A stretch of DNA of 64,000 bases from Adineta vaga (Eukaryota > Animalia > Rotifera). Under the pieces are notes generated by a model. The model worked only from the letters and a program-made list of their open reading frames with translations. It was not told the origin of the DNA and ran no database searches. Positions 49,046 to 61,647 of this stretch are shown in pieces. The stretch spans positions 14,136,001 to 14,200,000 of the forward strand of contig CP075493.1 of assembly GCA_021613535.1 (NCBI GenBank). Reading direction: 5' to 3'. Position numbers and translations under genes: made by a program. How positions within the stretch are numbered: position 1 is the first letter of the stretch; each line of letters begins with the position of its first letter.

Positions 49046-50739
49046 TGTTTCTGATGAATTTTCACCTTTTCTAAAAATGAAAGTTTTTTTTTGAAATAAA
49101 ATATTAATAATAAAACGAAAACAAACTTTATGTAAAAATCCTATCTGTCACAGATACCTTCAGTGTTTCTCCCATTCTTCTTCTTCTTTTCCGTGGACTA
49201 GCTATCTTTCTTTTATCAGGACGATAATTATTTCGATCAAATATTATGATTAAACACTCGAAACATTCGTTCTCTTTTATATAGTCGATCGAATGTAGTG
49301 TATATGTGTATTTTCATCATCATCATCATCAGATAAAATGTCCTAACATTATTTCATAGTTACTATCGGGTCGATACTATATGAAGGATATCACTGTGAA
49401 TTTATGTTCTCAAATGTCATTTTTATCATAGCTGAAATAGAACGCGATGTTAAATTGTCTTTGATAATTATTGGTTAATCTAAAATAGAGAAGCCGTACT
49501 TTCGGATGACGTTCCTGCTCTTCAAGGGGTTGATTTATATGAAATGATAATGAGTACAACGCAAAAAATAATAATTAAATTTAGATCAGAATTCGGCGTC
49601 TGTCGGTAGGGGGTGAGAGGAAATGAACGTTGATGATTATTTCTGATCGTGTAATTTTCTTTTTAGTTTATACTTGACAAACTTTTCAAAACTCATGTTT
49701 ACGTACGAGTATAATTGACTTCTTGTGAATATTTCTCTACATCAAATGAAATATTTTTATATTCTATGAAAAACGAGAGAATATAGGTGTATTTTATCGT
49801 TTGCGCTATCTTTTCTACTTTTAATTCAGTCAATAGCATCTTTTTCAGTAACGACAAACGAGAAAAATTACAGTTACAAAAGAAAATCTTCATCTTCTTT
49901 TACTTGTCATTTTCTTCCAAGGAATATAACTATCCTCAAGTGAATGGAATATCAAATTAAGATCATACGAGATTCCGGCAAACTGCTAAGCAATACATAC
50001 TAAGCAACTAAGAGCTATTCTTAATGAAAACGGTGTTCCAAGAAGTAACTAAACATGAGTAAAAAGAGAAAAGTTAAGGACAGGAGAAAGCTCGTTCCTA
50101 GGTGAACATTATAATTAAAATTTGTTAACATGATAGGAAATATCATTTGCCGTTTCCTTAATTTGATGAGAAGTATCAGATTATAGAATCAATGACACGA
50201 AAGCTGACATATGGTAGAATTACACGAAAAAGAGCAAAAAAACGAGTTTTGTATATAGTTTACTTGTTAAGAACATACTACGTGTAATCTGTTACATTAT
50301 TTTGGATCGATCAACCTTACTAGATATCAAATACTAGAGTGTACCAAATATGATTCTTACTCAGTCATATTATTCCTTACTTTAGCTATTTGTCTCGGTC
50401 TCATAAATTCATCAATTATGTTTTTATAACTTATAAATATCTGATTCGACACTATATATTGAAGAATAAGGTCTGAAGAAGAACATACGTCATGTGAATA
50501 ATTTTCTAGAATACATAATTTACGTCACAAATGAGAAAAAATCGTAGAGAAATACAGTCTTTAATCTTTTAAAATGAAAATGTCTACTTAGTTTGTGACA
50601 GCGAAGAAAAAATCAAACGTCAAACTCGATTTTGTTCTGATGGGATGGATTAGGATTATTTAAGGGGAAGTATATTTACATTTACGTCACCATTTCAAAA
50701 ATCTTCATCTTGCTAAGCGGTTTATTAAAATTCACTTCT

Positions 50740-51955
50740 AATCATACAATATGTATTCTGTTATTATAAATCAGATTTTCTACCAAGATTTTCGAGTGCG
50801 TAGGCAGCTGCTTGAAACATTTTTTCAACAACCAATGGATTAATATTCTCCAATGAATCACAAGAGCTATGATAACAAGGACCATATTCAACACCTGCAG
50901 GCTACCTTTTCCTTTTTCTAACATTCAATCATAACAATATCGTTCTTCTTCTATTTTTTCATTTTGTATGCTTGACTTAAAACCTGATATAGCAAAACCA
51001 GCAGCTAAGAACTAAGCATAGTCACTTCCACCACCAAGTTCACTGATTCTATACGGAAGATTTTGCTTGATAAACCAATCACGAAATAATTGGGTTAATA
51101 TAGAATAGTACCAAGAAAAGCTTTAGTGGAGTTGTGCTAAAATACCAATTTGAAAGTTTGTTGATTTTGTCATGTCATAGTTAAGATTGACAAGATAATC
51201 GCAAAGATGTTCGCCTACAAATGTACTTTGACTAGCATGAGAAAAATGACTCTTTACCATCATAAGCAGGAATCTTACCACTATCTTTAATTCCTCGACT
51301 TTTCGGTACTTTATAACTATGACTTTCGACGACAATTGTTTGAGTTACATGTTGTATTACGATCTGATGTATCACCATCATTGTAAATTAGTAGAACAAC
51401 TACCACGTGTAACTAGAGTCACTCTGTTCGTATGCGGAGATGTTACAAGTATTGTATTAGTTAAATTAGTTGATTCAGAAAACGTCAAATATGTGAAATC
51501 TTGTTTCTGATCGTACATGTAATTAACTTCGATAACATTGATCGATGCCGATAAGAAAGGATCATTATTTAATGTAAATGCCATATGATAGGGAAACATT
51601 GCTTTTGAACGTTCAAATTAGTTCGTATCATTAAATAATTGCTAATATAATCGAAGGTATGATTAAATCCTTCTGTATGAATAGCACAAGTACTATTGGA
51701 TTCATCATATCATCGATGTGTATTGAACATACTAGCATACCTTGTTCACATTTCTTGTTTTCCAAAATACTGGTTCGTTGATTATTTGAAATAATCTTAT
51801 TAAGAAACTTTTAAGAAACTGAGTACATCAATTCTTCCTTCTCATTCTATTTCCATCACATACAAATTACTTACCTGTTTCTATAATCACTGATAAAACT
51901 ATAAATGAGGATGTGGGTGTTTTTGAAAGATTGTATATGATCTGAATTGTCCATG
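50740..51955 (-). pseudogene. Degraded PA-domain M28 aminopeptidase
   Basis: Fragments: NSTCAIHTEGFNHTFDYI, RVTLVTRGSC (PA domain), LVNLNYDM, GGGSDYA*FLAAG and GPCYHSSCDSLENIN. Many stops and frameshifts. Confidence 0.7.
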
Positions 51956-52105
51956 TGCGTCTCTTATTTAATATATTAATACATTTACCTCGAAACAAAT
52001 GAACATAATATGAATCGTACTTTTTGAGAAAGCGTTCTCTGCTTTTACACTTGACTGACTTTTACTTTCTTCCTGTACGTATATGTATTCAATATTCTCC
52101 TTGTA

Positions 52106-52130
52106 ATATATATATATATATATATATATA
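52106..52130. repeat. (AT)n microsatellite
   Basis: About 12 tandem AT units. Confidence 0.9.
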
Positions 52131-52328
52131 CAGAGAACAGATATGAGCGTTACACATGAATGAGAACATTTGCACAATAATTTTCATTTACATCATACGT
52201 TGTTATACACGTTTTATGGTAAGTGTGTAGTATTCTCTTTGTTTAAAATATACTTATTATTGAAACTACATTAACAGATTTAATAATATTATTCGCATTT
52301 TTCTTCTCAGATTAGTAGACATAGAAAT

Positions 52329-53895
52329 ATGGCATTCTATAAACGAAGAAGAAAAAGAAAATATCTTCAAACTTTTATGTGTCTGATTGTTTTACTACTT
52401 TTAATGATATCAATGTATTTTACTCGTTCAAATGTTGATGCTACGAAATTATGTGTATCGATGAAACGTGATGACGATCAGACGACAAAATACATCTTTG
52501 ATCTTTTTAGATGGCAAGAAATTATGAAACAAGAAATGACCTCGCTAAGAAGGAATGAAACAGCATGGTGTAATGTGCCAGTTGAACTAAAGCATTTAAC
52601 TGAGGCTATCTGTGTAATGTATGACATAAACAGTTGTGCTCGTCTACCATGTTATGTGATCTATTCATCATTATCAACATTAGAAGATGTCAAATGTAAT
52701 CGACATGGACAAGCTGCAAGTAGAAATGGTAACCTGGAGAGACAAAATCAGCGACATTACAAATGTAAACGGGGCTTTGCATTGGATTTATTCATTAATC
52801 CATTTCAGAAATCTGCATATCCATCACTCATTGCCGATCCTTATGTGAGATTTTCCGATGATTTATATTTGAATGTATTAAATAATTATTATCGAAGTTG
52901 TACTAGTATGTGGGGATTTCATTTCACTTATGAATCGATTGTTTATTATCCTTGGACTGGTGATCCAAACAAGCTGAAACTGTTCGATGTAACTTTCGGT
53001 TATGATCGATCAATTCATGATTTTTCTCCACCTCCTCATCTTTTCGTATATGTCAAAGAACTAATATTCACTTCGGACAGATTGACAATTCAACAAGCAA
53101 TGAACAGTAAAAGACCCATCCATTCTACGACAAAGTCAGATAGTTATTGGCCTAATATATCAATGGTAAGAACTTGAAATAATAGTTATAAACATCTTTA
53201 ATTAATTATAGAATTTCACCATACACAACGGAACCATTGGTGATGCATCATATATAAAAGCACCAATTTTGTGGATGAATAGTAATTGTAATGCGAAATC
53301 AGGACGTACTCGATATATGAAGGAATTAATGAAATATATTGATGTTGATAATTACGGCACTTGTGGAAAAAATATTCGTCCATTACCAGAACATATTGTT
53401 AAAATTCAAGGTTCAGCTAATCAAATTTTGAAAAATATTGCTACTTATAATTGGGAAGCAGGAAAAAAGGCATTGTCAAGAGAATATTTATTTACTATTG
53501 CTATTGAAAATAGTTTAACTTATGATTATATATCAGAAAAATTATGGCATCCTTTAATAGCTGGAAGCGTTCCTATTTATCTTGGAGCTCCAAATGTTTA
53601 TGATTGGTTACCATGTCGAACAAATTGTATTATTGATCTAAGGAAATTTCAAACACCAAACGATGCAGCTATGTTCATCAAAACTGTAGCAAAAAATAAG
53701 ACATTATATGAGAGTTATCATCAATGGCGAAGTGAACCTGTCTCAGAGAAATTCCAGAATATACTTAACTACTTTGCACGAGTTAGTAATTTTAGTTTGG
53801 ATTGTGCTCTATGTGAAATGTCGCATCGTGTTGGTCAAGGAGAAGATCGAAAAGATATTAGAAACGATTTGAGAAATGCATTTGGCACTTCCTGA
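52329..53895 (+). CDS. Alpha-1,3/4-fucosyltransferase (GT10), type II membrane protein, intron 53166-53211
   Basis: Basic tail plus TM, WMNSNC, R..YMKELMKYIDVDNYGTC and the alpha-1,3-FucT motif YLFTIAIENSLTYDYISEKLWHPLIAGSVPIYLG. The intron splices in frame. Confidence 0.9.
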
Positions 53896-54202
53896 TTCCA
53901 CATTATAAATACGGAACATGTCATAGCTGTTATTTTGATAAAATAAAAATATATGTTGATCTGGAAATGGTTATATGAATTTAGAGAGGTGTTGTAATGT
54001 GGTTTTGAGGAAAATATAAATAAGAAGTAAGAGGATCGTTTTCATAACGAAATCTATAATTAAAAAGATCTAGAGGTCACGAATATCGAGAGATTCATTT
54101 ACTGTAGCAATGATTTAAACAAACTCAACAATGCATATTGAAATTCTTTGATGAAAATATATCTATACTCTTAGTGCATTGGTAACTTACAGATCTGTTA
54201 TA

Positions 54203-54222
54203 TCATTTGAGGGTGTGTGATA
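54203..54222. repeat. Partial copy of the TTGAGGGTGTG repeat
   Basis: tcatttgagggtgtgtga is nearly identical to tcatcttgagggtgtgga at 26911. Confidence 0.5.
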
Positions 54223-54264
54223 GCAACACAAGAATACTTACATTTTAGATCAAAATAAAGCAAT

Positions 54265-54720
54265 ATGACTTTCGAATTTTTCTAGTACTTCAATGGTGCT
54301 GATTTATTTTCATGGTCACAATTCACGTTTTAATGCACTTCGTTTCAAATATTTTCGACAATATCATCTGGACTTGCGATCTTATTTGTCAACAATATAT
54401 TCTAATGATTATACTGATCGAATTATTTTACTTCATCCATCATCCTATGATTAGCTTCAGGACCCAGTTTACGCTATTTGACGATCGAAGCATCGTATAT
54501 TGACATCGATGGTTATAAATTGGAAGCAGACATTATTTGATCGAGCATCTCATCTTTATTCATTGAGTATCGATGTTTGGTCAAGTCGAGCCGTACTGAT
54601 AACTGAATACACAAGTCAATTTATTCGTCAACTATACTAGAAATTTGAGTTGAAAATCAAATGAATATAGTGGAATTCGTTCAAACTATGGCTAAACTGC
54701 GAGTGTTAATTGTTACGTGT
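54265..54720 (+). pseudogene. Remnant of an F-box/LRR-like gene
   Basis: FEFF*YFNGADLF..NSRFNALRFKYFRQYHLDLRS and LFDRASHLYSLSI, interrupted by stops. Resembles lineage-expanded F-box-like proteins. Confidence 0.4.
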
Positions 54721-54899
54721 AGAGAGAATAATACTTATAAATTAAATGATTTATTATTAACATGTATGATTATGCAAGATGTAGGACAGATGATCGAACT
54801 ATGAATTCGTGGATTAAATAGAAATTAAACGGTTACATGTTTGCTTTTTTAAGAAATCATAAAACTTTTATAACATATAAGCAAATAAAAATATATGCA

Positions 54900-55922
54900 T
54901 CAAAGTGTGTTTTGTATAGGCAATGGTACCTGATAGACGGCTTCTATAATATTTAGTTGCGCTTGTTTTGCTTGTGTGACGAGTAATATTTCTGGATGGA
55001 TAGTTCGTTTTCTTAGACGATAATACGGTAATAATTTAGTGAGCTTGCGATTTGGTAATGACATTACACTCAGAAAAGGAAATAAACATATAACATAATA
55101 CGAGAAAATTTGTGCATACAATTGAAAATCAGCTCCGAAATCTTCTGGCATACAGCATAGTTGTAACATTTCTACGATCATGGGTGGAATATAGAAAATA
55201 AAATAGAGCATCGATATCGATAATAATTGAATCGTCATTTTGCGATGTTTTCCCCATTGAATTTGTCGATGTATACGACGTTTTTGTAATAGAATTTTTA
55301 CAAGAAGAGTAATACTAAAGAAAATAATAGTTGAAGTAGGTAAGATATTGTTGATGATAGTATCCCACATGCCTATGAATTTTATCTTATAGTAACAAAG
55401 AGGACGTCCGCATAATGGTAAATCGTATCGAAATATATTTTCACACGGTGGAAATAAAATAGTGACAGCATGAAACGTGAGACAATAAATAAATATTGCA
55501 GCTAAAGGAAAATAATGAAATAGAAAACGCTTCTTTCTTGTCGACATCCAATTGTCATGAAAAATTAAAATATATCGTTCGACTGATGCCCATGCAACTA
55601 ATAGTAATGCAAGTGTAAAGAGTCCACCATCGGTAAACATCCAAATCAAACAGACTTCTGCTATCGATGGCCATACAGTGCCTAAATAATAATAAGTGAG
55701 ATGAAAAGGGATGCTTGTCAATTCATATAACAAAGTGTTAAATAAGAGAACAATAATAACATGATTATTGAGCGTACGACGTAGAGCTCGATCGAAAAGT
55801 AAATGATAAAGAACGATTACACAACAAATAATTGATAGAAGGAAAGAAATCAAAAAGATCCAAAATCGAGCAGGTAAAATCAGTGAAAGATTCACGAGAT
55901 CATATGGATGATGATCTATCAT
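54900..55922 (-). CDS. Intronless rhodopsin-like 7TM GPCR
   Basis: LRRTLNNHVII, AWASVERYILIFH, FPPCEN and RKMTIQLLSIS. Paralog of 34857-35954. Confidence 0.82.
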   Translation of the reverse strand: MIDHHPYDLVNLSLILPARFWIFLISFLLSIICCVIVLYHLLFDRALRRTLNNHVIIVLLFNTLLYELTSIPFHLTYYYLGTVWPSIAEVCLIWMFTDGGLFTLALLLVAWASVERYILIFHDNWMSTRKKRFLFHYFPLAAIFIYCLTFHAVTILFPPCENIFRYDLPLCGRPLCYYKIKFIGMWDTIINNILPTSTIIFFSITLLVKILLQKRRIHRQIQWGKHRKMTIQLLSISMLYFIFYIPPMIVEMLQLCCMPEDFGADFQLYAQIFSYYVICLFPFLSVMSLPNRKLTKLLPYYRLRKRTIHPEILLVTQAKQAQLNIIEAVYQVPLPIQNTL

Positions 55923-56819
55923 TGTTGGAACATCAAGTCTGAAATAGATATTCTATAAAACTAAAGATTTTGATGAAAGAGCATCACAAGGAAAGATTTA
56001 TTTTGCTTATAAATTTGAAAGGTGATGTAAACGTCGACAGACTCTGACAGTAAGACGTCAAAAATTTATCAAAAAAAGTAGAAGATTAACGTCAGAAATT
56101 GGACATTAACGAGGTGAAATTTTTGAATTTCATCGAGCTTCCAGTTCCAAAAACAAAAGTGCTATCATCATTCATGTATTTCATCCTGTACAATTGTTAC
56201 TTCTATATCAGCTTTAAGCATAGATTTCACCAAAAAATTACGAAAATTTTCTAAATTATGCATATAAACCATGTCATAATAGCATACTGCATATGCTGAG
56301 TCAGTATAAAACAAATATATAGGTATCAACTTCGACTAACGATACGCATAATAATGTATACCTTGCTATATGTGTTTTAAAATTAAAGTAAAACATTCTT
56401 TCCTCCTAGTTCTATATTTATAGCAAAAAACTACATAGAAAAAGTTGTACCGCGTCATCTATTTTTGCAATAATTTTCAAACTACTCGCTCAGATAAGTT
56501 GATACTGTTAAAAATTATTTTCCCCTTATTGTTTGAGTTTGACACGAGATAAAGTAATTACGAGATGAATGTTGACAATGCTGAAAATATTCTTTTCTAT
56601 ATCTAGAAGCGAATAAGATAATGTTGACGAGCTCATCAACATTACAACACGGTCGTAATCATGACGAAATGTCACGTATGACGTGGTTTTTTAAAATTTA
56701 TTGTTTAAAATAATCGATGAATCAAAAGCAAGTAAACAATCTATTTTTTCTGTACGAATGTGTTTATGTATTGCACAAGAAGAAGAAATTTTTCTGTTTT
56801 TTCAAATGACAATCTGTAC

Positions 56820-57221
56820 ATTGACTGAGAGAAGATTGCACAGAATATCAGCGTGCCATCATGTAATCAATTTTTAAGCGTCGAATGTCGAACACTTGAA
56901 GATGAACATACTCTTGTGTCTTATGACTTTATTAAAGGAGGAACACAAATCAACATGGTGATATCTCGAAACGCTACTCGCGAAAAATTTAATGTGTATG
57001 TTACCATTCCGATTTCTAATGAAAAATGTGATGTCATCAGTTTAGACATTTTCTATTATGATACAGTTGCTCAAGTCAAACAAGCTATTTATGAACGTAC
57101 ACCCATACCAACAACAAAGCAAAGAATTATTTTTGCCGGCAAACAGCTTGGCGATAGTCGAATTTTCTCAAACTACGGTATTCAGAGAGAAAGTACTGTA
57201 CATCTCGTTATTAGAGAATAA
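56820..57221 (+). pseudogene. Tandem ubiquitin-like domain gene with a damaged first unit
   Basis: The second unit [50 protein letters not shown] is clearly ubiquitin-like and lacks the terminal GG. The first unit ([22 protein letters not shown]) is preceded by an in-frame TGA and has no ATG. Confidence 0.55.
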
Positions 57222-57287
57222 TATTTTAACTGAAGATTTTAGTAAATGTTTCAGTATATAGATGCGAAAATATAATTTAAATCGTTC

Positions 57288-57761
57288 TTAAAAAGGTAAA
57301 CAAGGATCTTTGTAACCACAGCATTTGCAGGAACCTTTACTAAACTGTCCATTTGGTAAATAAGAAAAAGTAACTTGGTTATTCAAGAATGTATTAGCTT
57401 TGGATTGACAAAGGGACTGACATTGTTCTAACGTTCCAGTATAAACACCTGATAATAAATCACAACCGATACAAGAACATTTTTGAACTGCAAATGGGCC
57501 TGATGGTGTTGATGTTCGTCTTCTTCGACGTCCACTATCACAATATGTACAACCACCAGTACTAAATTGACCAGCAGGAAACCAAGTACATGTTGTAGCT
57601 TTGAAACCTCCTTGATATGCACGATTACATTCGCAATAACATTGCTCTATTGTTCCGCGATATCCCGATGCTGAAGATATTTTACATACACTTTCAATTC
57701 TAGATACCAAGGATGTTAGAAAAATAACAATAGTAACTATTGAAACCGTGTTTGAATGCAT
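57288..57761 (-). CDS. Secreted Cys-rich protein with two related modules separated by GRRRRR
   Basis: Signal peptide MHSNTVSIVTIVIFLTSLVSRIES; modules YRGTIEQCYCEC..FPAGQFSTGGCTYC and YTGTLEQCQSLC..LPNGQFSKGSCKCC. Confidence 0.75.
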   Translation of the reverse strand: MHSNTVSIVTIVIFLTSLVSRIESVCKISSASGYRGTIEQCYCECNRAYQGGFKATTCTWFPAGQFSTGGCTYCDSGRRRRRTSTPSGPFAVQKCSCIGCDLLSGVYTGTLEQCQSLCQSKANTFLNNQVTFSYLPNGQFSKGSCKCCGYKDPCLPF

Positions 57762-58184
57762 TTTTATGGATGACTTTTTAGTAAACGATAATATAATATA
57801 AGAGTCATATCATACGTAAAATCATATGCTTATATAGCGATATTATAATTATGCAAATTAGTTTTTTTTATACGATTTTATATTCTAAACGTATAGTTGA
57901 AATTCGGAAGCATTTTATAATATTAACCGTTTTATTTTTACACGATAGATTGTATATAACTATTGCAAATAGAATGACTCTCGAGAGCGAAAAGAAATTC
58001 TTTTTTTTCTTCGCAAATATATTTATACCACCAGATGCAAGATTAACATTTATTTGTCATTCAATACTGTTTTCGGTGCGTTCTGTAATCCGTATTAAAA
58101 TACTCACTCTATTGACACTCGCATTTATGTTCTTCACGTTTTCAGATTCGAATTTGTTTTTTATGAGTATGTATTTTAGTATTG

Positions 58185-58541
58185 ATGGATGAAACTATTC
58201 TACGACAATATGAACATCGTGTAGGTTTTATTCTAACTGGTGATGCATTTTGCGATGGTTGTAATCATAGATTTGAAGAAGGAGAGATGGCATTTCGATG
58301 TTTGGAATGTAGTGGTTTTGTCTGTCCTGGAAGTGATAAACGTCCAGTTCGAGAAACAGAAGTAACAACTACGACTCGAATACAGGATGGTGCAGCCATT
58401 CAATTGACAACATCAGAAACAACATTATACAGTGGTTATGATCTATGCTTGACTTGTTCAAAGAAATCCAATGTGCATTCACATCATCGTTTTACATTAG
58501 CAGTCTATCGAAAGAAAAGTTCAACTTATGTATTTAAATAA
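58185..58541 (+). CDS. Small ZZ-type zinc finger protein with an internal insertion
   Basis: CDGC..FRCLEC..(about 40 aa)..GYDLCLTC..HSHHRF matches the ZZ ligand set. Confidence 0.65.
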   Translation: MDETILRQYEHRVGFILTGDAFCDGCNHRFEEGEMAFRCLECSGFVCPGSDKRPVRETEVTTTTRIQDGAAIQLTTSETTLYSGYDLCLTCSKKSNVHSHHRFTLAVYRKKSSTYVFK

Positions 58542-58724
58542 ATTTGATTCGATTCTCTTCGTAGTATACATGGTTTTTGATCAAAGAATGCAAAATTAGA
58601 GATGACTTTATTAATCAGACAATTACATTCAGTAGTACTTTTCACATTCTAGCCATTTCACATAAGAATATCGAACATAAAAAAAAGAAAAATTTCTTGG
58701 ATTACTTTACAAAATAGTATAAAA

Positions 58725-61083
58725 TTAAGCTCTTGAAGGCCATTGAGATGAATGACTGATAAAATTCTGTGACTCGCCAATATTACGTTTTATGATAATA
58801 TCATCCAAAGCTTGTAGAAGAATATCGACAAATCGTTTAACTTTTCCAGGATGTCCAGATCGATCAATTGAAATACGTAGACAACGATGATATGGTTGGC
58901 ATCGATTAAAATTCTCTTGAATAATTGAATCATTATATGATTTATTAACCGAAAATGGCACTAAAGGCCAAGCTAAATATGCATTGGAACGAGCTTCTAC
59001 TGCGCGTAATTTAATAAGATCATTGTTCTGTATTAATTCTATCACTTCTTTGAGATTGACCGCATTTTTACTTTTCATCAATGGATCATTTATGAGAAAT
59101 GAATCGAACGTATGACCTTGTTCTTTAAGTTTGGATGTAAGACAAGATAATAATTCATCTTCATTTTGTATGTTAATGAGTCTGATGATCACAATTGTAC
59201 CAGTTTCATCTTCAGTAAATTCAAATTGTACATGTTTTTCTGAAATCTTAATTGATGAAGATGAATTCTCTTCTTGATGATACGAATTAAATACGCTTCG
59301 AAGTTCTTTGAGAACAGATGAAGAATAGTCATGCCAGTTTGCTGAATTCAATAGATCTTCCATACCAAACGCAACATTGCTGTTCATCATATTGATGGTA
59401 CAATATAACTTTTAAAGAGAAAGAAAATGGATATGGATGAAAATGTGTGGGAATCAGTGGAATAATTAACAGTTATCTGCATTCTCATAATCAACTAACA
59501 GGATTTACGAATAAAACGAGCAACTCTTCAGATTGATAGTCTCAAGGTCGACGGACAGATTAGAAAATAAACTTCTCAATTGATTGAAATATAAATATGT
59601 TAGGTTTTATTCGAGATTTAATGATAAATCATTGGAATTCTAATAGACTTTGGTTAACGTAAGACATATTAGAACTATTCTAGGAAGAGTTTTCCCATCC
59701 AGTAACGAGTGCAAACTTTCATGATAGAAATAGTGTTCAAAACTTCAAATTTACATTCTTGATATTTACCTGAGCTAAAATATTGACAGGAAAACTAGTA
59801 GGCAGCATCATGTTTTTTCGAAGCTCGTTATGTTCTTTAGATAGTCGTTTGTTAATCAAACAGATTGCACCTGTCGTTGTAAAACGTTTGCTATAAATAA
59901 TAACATCCGCATCTTGATACGACTGTCCATCTTGACAAGCATCGACTATGGTCACTATCTTGCCGGGAAATGCTTTGAACAGTTCCCGATGGATTCGATC
60001 AACATCGATTCGAGCTCCAAAACGATTTTTTGATGTTAGTAGTATAATGATCAAGGGATTCGTTTGATTCCTTCTATTACAAATATTGTTGCATTGTTCG
60101 GTCAGTTTTTTTAGTATCCATTCAGTATTATAATCATCAGGATCTGTCATAGGTGAGCCAATAAATTGATCATTATTAAAAATCTGTTGAGCGGCATGTA
60201 CAAATAAGATATAATCAGATCCACTACTATTGATAAAAAATGTATTATTTCGATCACAAAAATAAAAATATAGTAAACATTGATCCACTATGCCTTTCGA
60301 CGTTGTTGATGGAAATAGATCATAATTTTTCCAATATTTCTTGCCTTCTTCACAAACTAATCGGTAAAGGACATCGAACAGATTGCATCGATTTTGCGTA
60401 TACAATGAGTCACGTTTGTTATAATAAGAAGTTAGTAGATCCGAGGTATTGTTTACTCTTTCAGAGAAAATAGGCCGTGCAGCACCTCCAAGGAAAATCG
60501 CTTCATTTTTTCGCTCGTTCCAACTCCATGCCTGTTCGATTTTGTTTAATTCTTCTTTATCTTGATAAGTTTTCAAATAGTCAACAAAATACTTAACTGT
60601 TTCATTTTGTAGTGAAACATATTTAGGAATCGTTCCGTCATAGTTTGATGGTTGAATTATTGATTCGGCTATTGCTTTGAAAAATATCTTCAACTTGTGC
60701 GCACCCAAATTGACGGCTTCGGTGGTTTCCCAATTGTTTTTAAATATATATATGATGTATCTAGCAATGAATTCAGCAGAATTCTAAAAATAACAACCGA
60801 AAATAATCAGGTAGAATATCGACGATCTTTTATCGATGATTATGTTTACCTTTGACTCTTTTAAAAAATTGCTTGCGACACGTATTCGTAACTGAGTCAC
60901 CAACGCCTCATGATTCAACAGTTGTTGTAATAAATGAGATTGTTGCTCGATACGGTGCCTTTCTCGTTCATTTTGACGAAAATGATCACTGCTGTTGGAC
61001 AAATCATTATCATTATATTTTCCATTGAATCCATCCAAGCTATCTCGTAGTTGGGTAACAATAGTTTCATAATCGCAAGCCAT
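58725..61083 (-). CDS. About 643-aa protein, probable highly diverged fold-type-I (class V-like) PLP enzyme; exons 61083-60850, 60783-59770, 59408-58725
   Basis: Both introns are GT-AG, phase 0, and join three ORFs into one open frame. Motifs IFLGGAA, IVDACQ..DADVIIYSKRF and C-terminal CLRISID..KVKRFVDILLQAL parallel class V YLDxAA, VDxxQ..SxHK and RxS..ExxRF. Confidence 0.6.
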
Positions 61084-61459
61084 ACTGATAAAATACTAAG
61101 TAACACTCTTGTAAAAATCATATTAGATTCGGTATTTATATCAGAATAATACCAGATTTCGAAATTTACTTCCGTCATGACATATAGCAGTTTCCCTGGA
61201 AAAAACCATATACAATGTTAATGTAATCTATGATAAGTGTTTATTTTTCTCCAGGGTTCTTTACATCTTGGGAAAACAATTCTCATCAGTTATTTTTTTG
61301 CTGTTCTGTATTTGGAGACACATGCATCAGAATTTTCTTTTTTTCCAACATAAGCTAAGTCATATTGATTTATGACTCATTGAGGGCTTGGCGAATTCCA
61401 ACTTCCTAGATATTCAAATAAAAAAATATAAAATAAATTTCCAGGTTATTCAAGTATAC

Positions 61460-61512
61460 GGTGTGAGTGTGTGTATATCTTCTTAACTCACATCTACATC
61501 ATTTTACCCCTC
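61460..61512. repeat. Degenerate copy of the GT/AC-arm hairpin repeat
   Basis: ggtgtgagtgtgtg...actcacatctacatc...acccctc downstream of the YbaK-like gene. Confidence 0.35.
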
Positions 61513-61647
61513 TTCGCTCAATCGATATGTTCAGACACTTTAATTTTCAGTTGAAAATAAGTGAAATTTATTGTGAAATAAAAAGAAACTAGTCTCAGAA
61601 AATATTGAGATAATTAATATAAAACCTGATAAAAATTGCTGTTGGAT

